Positions 40,967-51,436 of a DNA stretch of 64,000 bases are shown here, piece after piece. Each line of letters starts with the position of its first letter. The stretch's first letter is position 1. The stretch comes from Paramoeba atlantica (lineage: Eukaryota; Protista; Discosea). The notes beneath the pieces are model-generated. The model did no database searches. It was given only the letters and a program-made list of their open reading frames with translations, and had not been told where the DNA came from. The position numbers and the translations under genes were made by a program. The stretch covers positions 62,001-126,000 of the forward strand of contig CDRNVI010000008.1 in the NCBI GenBank assembly GCA_977017575.1, written 5' to 3'.

Positions 40967-41316
40967 ATTCATAACGCATAGAACGATTCATAGTGCGCAG
41001 AAATCCATGTGCTGTAAAACAAGTCCAATACTGTATAAACAATACAATCACGTATTCTCGAAGTGGCGTGTAGGGGGGGGGGGGGCAATTTCATCGGATC
41101 AACATAAATTTATGCATTTTTTTGCTTACTCAAAAACATTTGACAAAAAACATTTTCACTGCACGAATGCGTCCATACTATACGCGTTCAATACTGTACC
41201 AAATTCGTTCACACAACAAAAAAAATACTGACCACATCCACCCAACCCACCAAAGGATCATCACATTACGTCGTAGGTGAAATATGGTTTCCCACCCAAG
41301 GATGAGAAACCTACAC

Positions 41317-41934
41317 TTCACATACCTGACTTATGTGACTTCCATAATTCTGCATAGCAAGTCCCAAGTCACCCGTTTCTTTTAGAGGATTCGCCCAATT
41401 AGATACAAGCGCTACTTAGTCCAATTAGATACTACCTCCCCAATCATACTGATACCCCTCGTAGTAAGTAAGTAGTAAGTAGTATCTTCCCCGGGCACAC
41501 GTCCCGATATCTTCCCCGGTCACACGTCCCGATATCTTCCCCGGACACAAATCCCGATATCTTCCCCGGGCACAAGTCCCGATGTCTTCTCCAGGCACAA
41601 GTCCCGATGTCTTCCCCGGGCACACGTCCCGATATCTTCCCCGGGCACAAGTCCCGATATCTTCTCCGGGCATAAGTCCCGATATTTTCTCCGGGCACAA
41701 GTCCCGATGTCTTCCCCGGGCACACGTCCCGATATCTTCCCCGGGCACAACTCCCGGTATATTTATTTTCCCGGGGCAAAAATCCCCACAACGCCCCGGG
41801 GCATATGCCCCGATAATTTCTTCCACCCTCCTCCCCAGGACCCCGTGCATACGCTTTAGTACGCACGGGGTCCTTCCCCAGGCTTGGGACTTGCTATGCA
41901 GAATTATGGAAGTCACATAAGTCAGGTATGTGAA
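41317..41934. mobile_element. Non-coding element with ~52-bp perfect inverted repeats, an internal 25-bp tandem array and a GC stem-loop
   Basis: TTCACATACCTGACTTATGTGACTTCCATAATTCTGCATAGCAAGTCCCAAG is mirrored at 41883-41934. Hairpin GGACCCCGTGC/GCACGGGGTCC at ~41838-41872. No direct TSD. Confidence 0.75.
41483..41760. repeat. 25-bp tandem repeat, about 11 copies
   Basis: Consensus TATCTTCCCCGGGCACAAGTCCCGA, head-to-tail with no spacers. Confidence 0.92.
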
Positions 41935-42258
41935 ATGGGGATTACGCATCCGGATCTCTGCATCTGCACATGACAACCGAGCTCTCTGCACCTGGGACCC
42001 CAGCTCTCTGCACCCGCACACCTCCGGCGAGGGCGAACCCTCACTTGATCCACCCGTCGTATGCGGGAACGGACTTTGTGAGCATAATCTGTGCACTATA
42101 AGTGCATGAACAAACGTTTCAAGGAAATATAATTTACCGTAGATCATTCTCACTTGCCGAACAATTTATGGCTCTTGTATTTGTCGAGGAACAGATTTAC
42201 CTTATTCTTATTTTTATTTTTATTCGGATCTACCTTATTTTGACAGCGCACTATTTTT

Positions 42259-45200
42259 ATGACTGATTCTGTGTCACGTGGAGTTCTTTTGGACTCGATT
42301 CACAAAACTATCCAACAGCAAGGCCACCAACCAACACCGACTAACGTCTTCGCTTGCGTTATAACTCTTTTGAGATCAAATTGCTTCGACTCCGCAACGT
42401 TAAACGTTCTTGTTCCTGTATTTCGTGGTATCATAAGGCATGTCTCTGATAACCTTCTAAGTTCACAATCCGCAGATTTATTTTTGCTTCTGGGACAACT
42501 CGTGCGAAAGGAGTCCCACATGAATGTGCGTAACCTATGGAGCCTGCTTCACGACTTGGTGGATCGTTTAAGTGAATTTAGAGATGATTCAATGGTTCTA
42601 CTAGAACCTGAAGTAAATGCTGCTGAAGGAATCATCGTATCGTATATGCAACTACTCAATCATTTTTTTATTACTGTCAAAAACAGAAACATTGCTGAAA
42701 AAATCAAACTTACGCAACGTTCCTGGAACTATCTTTTTGAAACATTGCTTCATACTCATTCTCACACTGTAGTGTCAAAAGCTGTTGGTGTAATTGCAGT
42801 ATACTTTGACAACATTTTGAGTTCTGCCACTATTGAAAATACTCCCTTCTTGCAGGAACTCGTTTCCGCTTTTTGTGACGCTCTTTCCCCAGACTACTCC
42901 AATCGTTGGAAGGAATTGCTGGAAGTCTTGGCCTCTTTGCTATGTAGCGTTTCTATCATAAAACAAGAACGAAATGTTTCCCAGTCATTAAAAGACGGTA
43001 TTGAGCTTTGCTTGGCTAAAGCAGTTCAACTTCGTGATGTGAGTTCGCAATTGAGTACAGAAGCGGAAAACTTGATAAAGAGTTGTGCGTTATGCTTACC
43101 AGCCTTGGAAATCTTAAAGGTAATTAGGGTTGATATCGTCCCAATGAAAAGCACGGAATTACTCCCTGGTCCCGTACCTTCGAAATCTGAAGTCTTGCGG
43201 AGGAAATATGTACTAGATATCTTGAAGAAGAGTGTATCTTTCGATTCATTGTCATACTTCGCCAACGATTTAGTGCCTCTTGCCTCCGTTTACATGGAAC
43301 TTGCAGATGAGCAGGCTTCACAGGGGTTGACAGCACAGAGTCGACAGTGGCGGGCGATGCATGAGAAGATCTGGGAACTTGCGCCTTCTTTCTTCATTTC
43401 TCCTATTGAATTTACGGAAGAAAATGTTCGCTCGGTTGTCAAAAAACTCGTTTTATTTCTAGAAAATTCGGAAATGCGGCACATTGCATGTAGAGCATTC
43501 TGTCGCATGTCAGCTGATACATATAAAATTTCAAATCATACCAGACCTATTATTCCTATATTGCACCGCCTTTCGCATTTTGTGCTTCCGAGGCTGTGCA
43601 ACTTATACGAAGAATTCTCTCTTGATTATGTTGCTGAGGCAGTGCGTTCGGTGGCAACAGTGAGTCATGCGAATACAATATCGCAGATATGCGCGACTCT
43701 TCGGCCACACATTTTTCCTTTTAAGGAAACGCCTTGCTTGACAAAGGCTAGCGATGTTATTCGCACTGCTCTATGTATCGCACCAGTCACAAATGATGAA
43801 GTAAGAAGAACTTGGGCCGAACTTACTCTAAACATTCTAGAGAGTCATTTGAAATGTTCAATGAGCGAGCATTGCAAGAATTTAAAACTAGAAAATTCCG
43901 TGCGCACAAGCGTGAATATTTGCTTAAGTCCGCTTCTGGAGAAACAGTATTATCGTCTCTTAGCTGAACTTCTTTCTGATAAAAAACTACCTCAGAGTTT
44001 CATACTGCGTGTTGTCGCTCACTTCAGCGAGACTGTTCCCCTACCTTTTCATGCTCCAACACGAAAGCATCGACTGCTGGGAGTCGATAGTTTATTGCAA
44101 TATCTGTCTGATAATGACTGTCGGTCCGAATTACCTGACTTCTGCGAAAGCGTCACACCGGAATTGGTTCTTTCCACACAAGAAATATGTACCAAGACAC
44201 GTGAGCGCGCGCTTTCACTGATCGCAGCTATTTCAAAAATAGTCGGCCCACAGTCCTATCTTGAATGCTTACAGTTGGGATTTTCTCTTCCCTTATCTCC
44301 CGTACTATGTGGAACGCTAACAGCATGCGCCAAAACATATTGGTCTCATCATCGGGAACTTCCACAACGCACACACGAGAGTATGTGGGTTATGGTACTC
44401 ACATGTTTGGAGCTCCCAACAGGGGCAAGTCCAACCACCCAAGACCTACCGTTAGCTACCCGAAATTCTGCATTCGCGTTTCTACGAATGCTTATCAAGC
44501 TGTCGTATCATCACGACCCCACCCATAGCTTACTTCAAGCACACTTACGTCGCGTAGTACAAGCGGTCTACCATTGGGTGGATCGAACAGACCCACTGAT
44601 CAATCAGCGCTCTGCTAGCGTTACCACTCCCTCTGCTACGAGACAGATTGTACGTGTGCTTCTTGAAAAACTTTTAAAACGACTGGGGGCTGAGCCAGTC
44701 TTGTCATGCCTGCCGCTAAGTGGCCAGCGCTTGGGAAGATACATTGCGAAACAGTTGGAGAGAAAACATCGAATACAAGCAAGAGGGTCAGCTTCCACTC
44801 TTTCGGGTGTGGATCGTGTGAGCATGAAAGCGCAGGAGGGCTACACGTTGCGAGACACAAACGAGGATGAAGATATCGCGTTAGACATGTCTATGGGAGA
44901 TGGAGTTCTACGTCACATGAAAACAGGGGGTGGGAGGACTCGTGACAATGCTTTGAAGGGTGAACAGAGCATTCCACTTGGTAACAGTGATGACGAGGAG
45001 TTCAATGTACGTGTGAACGAACAGGGACAAATAGTAGTTAAAGAGATTACACGCAATCACAAGGATAGTTTTAGAACTCTGAAGCGTGAAAGAGATGCCG
45101 AAGAGGAGTTTCATCATGAAAGTGTGTCTGATTTGGATGCGGACAGCGGCAGACAACGAAAGCGTAGTAAACGATATCCCTCTACTGGTATCGCTAATGA

Positions 45201-45519
45201 CGAGCTGAGTGGTGAAAATCACAATAAAGAATATATGAGTGAAACTGCGCGGGATAAGCCAAAGGCAATATTGTTAGCAGAATTTCGGCAAAGATACAAT
45301 ACGAAAAATAAGAAGTCAATCCGTGACAGTACCAAGAGAATTCATTCTGGGAAAAATTATGCTTCCAAAAATGCCGGTGGAGATGTAAAGCGAAAGGGCC
45401 AACTCGATCCGTACGCCTACGTACCACTAGATCGTCGATTGCTTAACAAACGCTTGCAAGGAGCAAATAAGAAGCATTTTCTCGAAAATTCTCGCTTTCC
45501 TCAAAAATACAAAAAATGA
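42259..45519 (+). CDS. RRP12: RRP12-like ribosome biogenesis HEAT-repeat protein
   Basis: Helical body including QIWELAPSFF-like segment; C-terminal YASKNAGGDVKRKGQLDPYAYVPLDRRLLNKR signature. Confidence 0.85.
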   Translation: MTDSVSRGVLLDSIHKTIQQQGHQPTPTNVFACVITLLRSNCFDSATLNVLVPVFRGIIRHVSDNLLSSQSADLFLLLGQLVRKESHMNVRNLWSLLHDLVDRLSEFRDDSMVLLEPEVNAAEGIIVSYMQLLNHFFITVKNRNIAEKIKLTQRSWNYLFETLLHTHSHTVVSKAVGVIAVYFDNILSSATIENTPFLQELVSAFCDALSPDYSNRWKELLEVLASLLCSVSIIKQERNVSQSLKDGIELCLAKAVQLRDVSSQLSTEAENLIKSCALCLPALEILKVIRVDIVPMKSTELLPGPVPSKSEVLRRKYVLDILKKSVSFDSLSYFANDLVPLASVYMELADEQASQGLTAQSRQWRAMHEKIWELAPSFFISPIEFTEENVRSVVKKLVLFLENSEMRHIACRAFCRMSADTYKISNHTRPIIPILHRLSHFVLPRLCNLYEEFSLDYVAEAVRSVATVSHANTISQICATLRPHIFPFKETPCLTKASDVIRTALCIAPVTNDEVRRTWAELTLNILESHLKCSMSEHCKNLKLENSVRTSVNICLSPLLEKQYYRLLAELLSDKKLPQSFILRVVAHFSETVPLPFHAPTRKHRLLGVDSLLQYLSDNDCRSELPDFCESVTPELVLSTQEICTKTRERALSLIAAISKIVGPQSYLECLQLGFSLPLSPVLCGTLTACAKTYWSHHRELPQRTHESMWVMVLTCLELPTGASPTTQDLPLATRNSAFAFLRMLIKLSYHHDPTHSLLQAHLRRVVQAVYHWVDRTDPLINQRSASVTTPSATRQIVRVLLEKLLKRLGAEPVLSCLPLSGQRLGRYIAKQLERKHRIQARGSASTLSGVDRVSMKAQEGYTLRDTNEDEDIALDMSMGDGVLRHMKTGGGRTRDNALKGEQSIPLGNSDDEEFNVRVNEQGQIVVKEITRNHKDSFRTLKRERDAEEEFHHESVSDLDADSGRQRKRSKRYPSTGIANDELSGENHNKEYMSETARDKPKAILLAEFRQRYNTKNKKSIRDSTKRIHSGKNYASKNAGGDVKRKGQLDPYAYVPLDRRLLNKRLQGANKKHFLENSRFPQKYKK

Positions 45520-45861
45520 TTTATTTCATATCGAATGAATACGTTATATTTGAAATGTCGTTTTTCCTACGGGAACAAGTTCAGCAAACACGTAAATATT
45601 GCCAGTTTTATCAAAACATGTGTGCCTAAATAAACAATTTAATAGGTTGTCGACTATTCCATTGACTATCTATTTCGAATTTTTTCACTCATAATCTATT
45701 TTCCACTCATTTTTTTTGCTCATAATCTCGCAACATTACCTCTTCAAAAGTCGATCACTCTTTTCGAATTTCTGTTAACCTCTCTTTGTATGCAATTGTT
45801 TTCCCACATTTTTAGATACATTCTAGCCTATTTTCTTCATCTGCTTTTTATTTTCCGTTCT

Positions 45862-46182
45862 ATGCGAGCCTTTTCTCTGCTTTCTCTCCTTGTCGTCGCC
45901 ATGCTTGGCTTGCAGTCTACTCGCGTCCAAGCGTTTGACAAATCCATTCGTCGTATCTTTGGGGGTTCCTCCACGGAGGAGACCAAGGAACCGGCTACCA
46001 CAAAGCCCGAGCCCGAAACAAAGCCCGAGCCCCCGAAAGAGAAACCCGCGGCACCTACCGCGGAGCCCACAGAGGGTGATGGTGAGAAGTCGGCCGAGTC
46101 CTCCGCCCTCTCGATGCAATGGGGAACGGCCAGCGCGCTGGCTAGCGTAGTTTCGCTTTCTTTGGTCATGCTAGCGGCTTAG
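45862..46182 (+). CDS. Small secreted, probably GPI-anchored surface protein, copy 2
   Basis: Same 106-aa length as 37216..37536 with three amino-acid differences (F/L, T/A, I/M). Confidence 0.8.
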   Translation: MRAFSLLSLLVVAMLGLQSTRVQAFDKSIRRIFGGSSTEETKEPATTKPEPETKPEPPKEKPAAPTAEPTEGDGEKSAESSALSMQWGTASALASVVSLSLVMLAA

Positions 46183-46716
46183 ATAGGGTATGGATGCGAA
46201 ATGGATTGGTCTGCTGTTCGAAATATTTTCTTCTTTTACGTCGTGGAATTCATAATTTATGGTACAATAATGGTAGGGCAAAATTTCTTACGAGGCAAGG
46301 TTAAATGTACATACTGCTACGTATATTCGGGTACGATTAGGTCTGTAGTTGGAAATCATCTTGAGCGCTGCGAAAAATTGGGTCGTCCCAATTTTATATT
46401 TTTGTTGACAGTCGAAAACGCTAATTTACGTCGACCATGTGTAATGTTTCTCTTCTTTATTTCGTACTGTTTTATTTCAGTCTAGCGCATTGTCTTTCAT
46501 TCAAATATTTTTTAAAATATGTAAATCCGCCCAATAGTACCTGAGATAAAGGACTTTCTACGTGATACACAGCAAAAATTGCCTAGTAAGCAGAAAGTTG
46601 TGTTTTTATGTATGTGTTTTTTTGTTCGCGCTTCTGTTTATTTCATTTTCTGAATCAGAAGATGCTAGCTATGTCTTTGGTATTAGAACACTAAATCTTT
46701 TTCTCATCTTCTTTTC

Positions 46717-46989
46717 ATGGAAGAACGTTTCTTACGCGCTACAGAATACGTCCGCCAGATACCTCATGGAGTTGATGAACCAAATCAAGAAACTAAGCTT
46801 ATCTTCTATGGATTGTACAAACAAGCTACTGAAGGTGATTGTCAGTCAGTTGAGCCATGGGTTATACAAGTAACGGCCCATGCAAAGTGGGAAGCCTGGA
46901 TGTCTAAAAAAGGCATGAAATCGTCTGAAGCAAAACAAGAATATGTGAATCTTCTCAAAACAATTGCACCTAAGTTTGAAATAAGATGA
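46717..46989 (+). CDS. ACBP: Acyl-CoA-binding protein
   Basis: KLIFYGLYKQATEGDC...AKWEAW...KGMKSSEAKQEYV. Confidence 0.93.
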   Translation: MEERFLRATEYVRQIPHGVDEPNQETKLIFYGLYKQATEGDCQSVEPWVIQVTAHAKWEAWMSKKGMKSSEAKQEYVNLLKTIAPKFEIR

Positions 46990-47319
46990 ATAGTGAATTC
47001 TTCCTCTCGATAAATTTTCTCTTTTGTCCTCGTGTCGCAAATAGTGCCCTGCTATTGTATAAACGTTATAAACCGCTGGCCACTAATATTTTCGTCGAAT
47101 AAAATATTTTTGCCAAGGGTTTTTATGAGCACCATAACTAACCGGAGCCTTATCATTGCCTACTTCTACGCTTCTGACTATTCATGGCCCTTAATAGAAC
47201 TGAAAATATGAATTCTTCTTGAAAAAACGCATATTCATTGTGTTATCACTTTAGATAATACATTGCTGTAAGTTCAGTGTTGTATTTTGTTTTTGAGTTT
47301 TCTACAGTTTAACTTGTAA

Positions 47320-49677
47320 ATGGGCATAAAGCCTGGACAGATCAATCTCCCAGCCGGTCTTCTAGCGAGCGGTGTAACGTGTGAAAGGCATCCAACCTGG
47401 TATCCACTGGCAGAGAACACGGCTGCTCAGCTGTTTGTGGTTAATTCATTAACGGAAACAAAAGTCCCTTTTTCAACTCGAACAGGCCGAGTTGTGAAGT
47501 GGTATACTTGTGGACCAACAGTGTATGATAGTGCCCACATGGGTCATGCTCGGGCATACATTACGTTTGACATCCTTCGACGAATCATGGAAGATCACTT
47601 TGGATACCACGTCAATTATCAAATGAACATCACGGATATAGACGATAAAATTATTAAACGTGCAAGAACAAATTTTCTGCTTTCACAATACTTGGATAAG
47701 GTCAAAACTTGTGCAAAAGGAGACATTATCAAAGATCTAAAGGATGCCCTAACGTTTAAAGAAACCGCTTTGCACAGTGCAAGAGATGCGCATCTTGCTT
47801 CACTTTCGAAGCTTGCTACTGCGCGCCAGAAGGATGAACACGAGGAAAAAGGTAAAGAAATCGTTCTAAAAATTGATACTTTTTTATTAGTGAAAAAGGA
47901 ACTGGAAGACTGTTTTGCTAAAACAGCGAATCAAGAATTGGAAAATGGTGTTTTGGAAAGAATTTTGCAAAAGTGCAAGGATGTACTTGGCGATTGGCTG
48001 GATCATCAATTAGGATCTACCGTAAATGAGCATTCTATATTCGAAGACCATGGACGAAAATACGAGAGGGAGTTTATGGAGGATCTTGCGTCCTTGCATG
48101 TGCGCATGCCTGATTACATTTCTCGTGTGACTGAATACGTTCCTCAAATAGTTTCTTTTATCCAAAGGCTAATGAGAAAAGGTTTTGCTTACGTGGGTAA
48201 TACCTCGGTCTTTTTCGATCTTGAGGCTTACGAGCAAGCAGGACACGCTTATCCAAAACTGAAGCCCGTATGCGGAACCTCTGATAGAAAAACTTCTAAA
48301 TACGAAATGAATGAAAGTGAAGGAGTTATAACTGATATAGTTGAAGGCGAAAAGAAAAATCCCAATGACTTTGCACTATGGAAATTTAGTAAACCTGGGG
48401 AACCCTATTGGGATAGTCCTTGGGGTCTTGGTCGTCCAGGCTGGCATATCGAATGTTCTGCTATGGCATCGGACCTTTTCGGTGAAAATTTTGATATTCA
48501 CGCCGGAGGCTCGGATTTAAAATTTCCTCATCATGATAATGAGATTGCTCAATCTGAAGCTTACTGGGGGCATCATCAATGGGTGAATTATTTTCTACAT
48601 GCTGGACACTTGCACATCAAAGGATTAAAAATGGCGAAAAGTCTGAAGAATTTTGTTACTATCAAGCAAGCCTTACAGGAACATACCCCCGCAGAGTTAC
48701 GTATGATGTTTCTTCTGCAGACTTGGAATCATCCTATGAATTTCAGTGATCAAACAGTCGCTGAGTCTCGCGAAAAGCTTAGAGTATTGAACAACTTTCT
48801 TCGTACAGTAGCTGCACTGCAAAGAGAGGATGTATTAAGCCGTATTCAAATTCACGGGGCGGAAGAGCGAGAACTTTATCAAGTAATAACTGAAGCGTCT
48901 GAGGCAATACACAAAGCCCTTTGTAACAACTTTGACACACCAGAAACTATATCCATTTTAATAGCACTTGTTGCGCGCATGCATACCTATCTGGAAACGA
49001 ACAAAGACGAATTGGTAAATCCACTTTTGTTGCAAAAGGCTTCCCGCACCGTGAGCCGCACTCTTCGGCTGTTTGGTATTCCGCTGGGAGATGAGTTTTT
49101 GAATGCTCCGTCGAAAGGTTATAGTAATAAAGTCGTTGATACTTTAGTTGAGTTTCGTGATCGCATACGTACTGCATGCCTTGGCACAGAGTTGTCGGAT
49201 AAGATTCTCGCCGAATGTGACCAACTCAGAGATAATGTTTTGCCTCCACTGGGCATTCGTCTTGATGATAACCCTCATGGGAAAACACAGTGGAAGGAAC
49301 AGGATCCAGCAGAGCTAGTATTTGAAATAGAACGTCGCAAAATTGCAGTTCGTGAAACTGCTCTTACAAAATTGCAAAATCGTATTCGAGGCAGAAAAGA
49401 CGAATTACAAAAGTGGCAAAAAGTACTTCTTGAGGATCCTAAGGTCGTCATTAGCGATGAAAAATATGCAACATGGAATGCTGAAGGGATTCCGATATCT
49501 ACGAAAGACGGTATAGAACTTAGCAAGTCAGCTATTAAATCATTAAAGAAGGAGCACATGCGTCGAAAAATAGCTCACGAGGAACTGCATCAAAAAGGGG
49601 GTGAAGCATATATTGAAATTTTGAAAAATGATATCGAAAAGCTCGAAGCAAATATTCGAAATCTTGTTCCTATATAG
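47320..49677 (+). CDS. CARS: Cysteinyl-tRNA synthetase (eukaryotic type)
   Basis: WYTCGPTVYDSAHMGHAR (HIGH-like), NITDIDDKII, DFALWK, GRPGWHIECSAM, DLKFPHHDNE, KMAKS. Confidence 0.96.
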   Translation: MGIKPGQINLPAGLLASGVTCERHPTWYPLAENTAAQLFVVNSLTETKVPFSTRTGRVVKWYTCGPTVYDSAHMGHARAYITFDILRRIMEDHFGYHVNYQMNITDIDDKIIKRARTNFLLSQYLDKVKTCAKGDIIKDLKDALTFKETALHSARDAHLASLSKLATARQKDEHEEKGKEIVLKIDTFLLVKKELEDCFAKTANQELENGVLERILQKCKDVLGDWLDHQLGSTVNEHSIFEDHGRKYEREFMEDLASLHVRMPDYISRVTEYVPQIVSFIQRLMRKGFAYVGNTSVFFDLEAYEQAGHAYPKLKPVCGTSDRKTSKYEMNESEGVITDIVEGEKKNPNDFALWKFSKPGEPYWDSPWGLGRPGWHIECSAMASDLFGENFDIHAGGSDLKFPHHDNEIAQSEAYWGHHQWVNYFLHAGHLHIKGLKMAKSLKNFVTIKQALQEHTPAELRMMFLLQTWNHPMNFSDQTVAESREKLRVLNNFLRTVAALQREDVLSRIQIHGAEERELYQVITEASEAIHKALCNNFDTPETISILIALVARMHTYLETNKDELVNPLLLQKASRTVSRTLRLFGIPLGDEFLNAPSKGYSNKVVDTLVEFRDRIRTACLGTELSDKILAECDQLRDNVLPPLGIRLDDNPHGKTQWKEQDPAELVFEIERRKIAVRETALTKLQNRIRGRKDELQKWQKVLLEDPKVVISDEKYATWNAEGIPISTKDGIELSKSAIKSLKKEHMRRKIAHEELHQKGGEAYIEILKNDIEKLEANIRNLVPI

Positions 49678-50146
49678 CTTTTGCATATGACCAATTACGT
49701 CATGGAGGAATGAGAAAGAGCTACTGAAACTTGTCTACTGAACTGAGAAAATATTTATCATTTCAATAGTTCGTTGACTCTCTTTTTTGTCGAATTGCTT
49801 TGCTGCATATTTACGCTTTTTTTGCTAAAATGTGGCCGTTGCCTTGTCTTGTTACACCCTTTCAATTTGTTATGCGCTTTAAATTATCGCTACTTTTGTT
49901 TTTATTAAGAATTAGAATTGTTCGGATTTAGCGTGTTCTTTTCGTTTACCTATCGGGTAAGAATATCTTGAAACTACTATAACTTTTCGAGTTTTTCTTG
50001 CGGTCGTGAAGGTGAAATTTCTATCTCACTTACTGAGTTTCCAAGTGACTGCGTGTTTGCGTTCTACGTCAAATACAAATTTAGGTTTTCGTTGAAAGTA
50101 CATCGTACATACATTTTATGTTTAGAAGCGTACTTACTACTTTAGT

Positions 50147-50827
50147 ATGAACAGTGCCATCAATGTTGCAAGACAAAGTATACTTTGCTACCCTCATGCG
50201 CGTCTTCTTGCTCCAGCCCGTGTTGTCGGATGCGACGAGTTTCCTAAAAGTTTATTCGTCTCTCGACTTCGAAAGCTTCGCGAAAATCTAGAAATTCTGC
50301 AAGGCTTTTCAATTGCTGGTCCTCAGATGAATGTAGATGCTCGTATCATTCTTTTGCGTAAGTTTTCTGGAGTTTTGAAAGGCGGTACGTACACCTACGA
50401 TGTACTTGTAAACCCTGAAATAAAATATGCTAGCGACGAGAAAGTTGGTATGTGGGAGGCATGTATGAGTCTTGATGCGCTTCTGTTCTGGGTACTACGT
50501 TCTCGTTGCGTTGAAGTTTCTTGTTTAAACGAATACGGGGAACAAGCACACCACTCCCTACAAGGCTTTCGTTCTATACTCTTTCAACATGAGTATTCGC
50601 ACCTACAGGGAAAGAGCACCATGGATGAAATAGAAAACCGTGATTACGCGACAACTCGGCTAGCCTCACTACAAAAAAAAGCATGGCCCCGAAATTTTCC
50701 TTCATTTGAAGCTTTTACCACACCACTGTATGCCTTGTTTGATTTTACGTTACATGAAGTCGTCCCGATACCAGAATTGGAGAATGTACGATGTGCTTTT
50801 AAACAACTTGAAAAGCACGATTTTTAA
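50147..50827 (+). CDS. PDF: Peptide deformylase (organellar)
   Basis: SIAGPQM (GxGxAAxQ-like), WEACMS (EGCLS-like), FQHEYSHLQG (HExxH). Confidence 0.85.
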   Translation: MNSAINVARQSILCYPHARLLAPARVVGCDEFPKSLFVSRLRKLRENLEILQGFSIAGPQMNVDARIILLRKFSGVLKGGTYTYDVLVNPEIKYASDEKVGMWEACMSLDALLFWVLRSRCVEVSCLNEYGEQAHHSLQGFRSILFQHEYSHLQGKSTMDEIENRDYATTRLASLQKKAWPRNFPSFEAFTTPLYALFDFTLHEVVPIPELENVRCAFKQLEKHDF

Positions 50828-50987
50828 AAATAGTTTTGAGTCTATTCTCCCCTTGAATTCATCATGCGCACGACTGTTTATGGTACATAGATTATAGTAC
50901 ATAAGGATTGTACATACAATCCTTGGATTGTACAATCCAGCTTGTGGCTTCCCATCAGGCTCCAGTGCACTGTAAGAGCTTTTGACC

Positions 50988-51099
50988 CAGAGGTCCGCAA
51001 AACTACAAAAACTATTTTATAGTACTATTATAGAACTGTAAACTTTGAAGAAGTTAGTTTTTACAGTGCCTTAAACTTTGAAGCGCTATAAGGACTTCT
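50988..51099. mobile_element. Short remnant of the 39134 hAT-like family
   Basis: CAGAGGTCCGCAAAACTACAAAAACTATTTTATAGTACTATTATAG closely matches the left end at 39134; degenerate GGACTTCT right end. Confidence 0.7.
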
Positions 51100-51436
51100 C
51101 CACTAGAGAACGGTTTACATCCGGTCCAGACATTTATTCTATATCTAGGAAGAGATTCTTCTAATCGTGAGCTTCGAGCGGCACAAAAACCCACCGCATT
51201 CAGTTCGCAAGGTAGGAAAGGCAATAAACAAGTACTAACAAATTTAAGAAAACAAGGTTGAAATATAAAATTAATGAGCAGAAATAGAATTCATAACAGA
51301 AAAATGAATAAACAAAAGTTCAGATAAAAGTTCTATCAGAAATGAGAAAAGTACGAATATTAGTTCAGTTTCGCCAAATTATTTTATAATTGATTTCAAT
51401 ATTCACTTCCTCACTTTAACAAATTGCAATCAGCCA

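Noticed and set aside
41483-41760. 25-bp repeats as a CRISPR array
   Set aside because: Units are head-to-tail with no unique spacers, there are no cas genes, and the context is eukaryotic.
41425-42153. Repetitive minus-strand ORFs (CPGKISG repeats)
   Set aside because: Translations of the 25-bp tandem array; the period is not a multiple of three.
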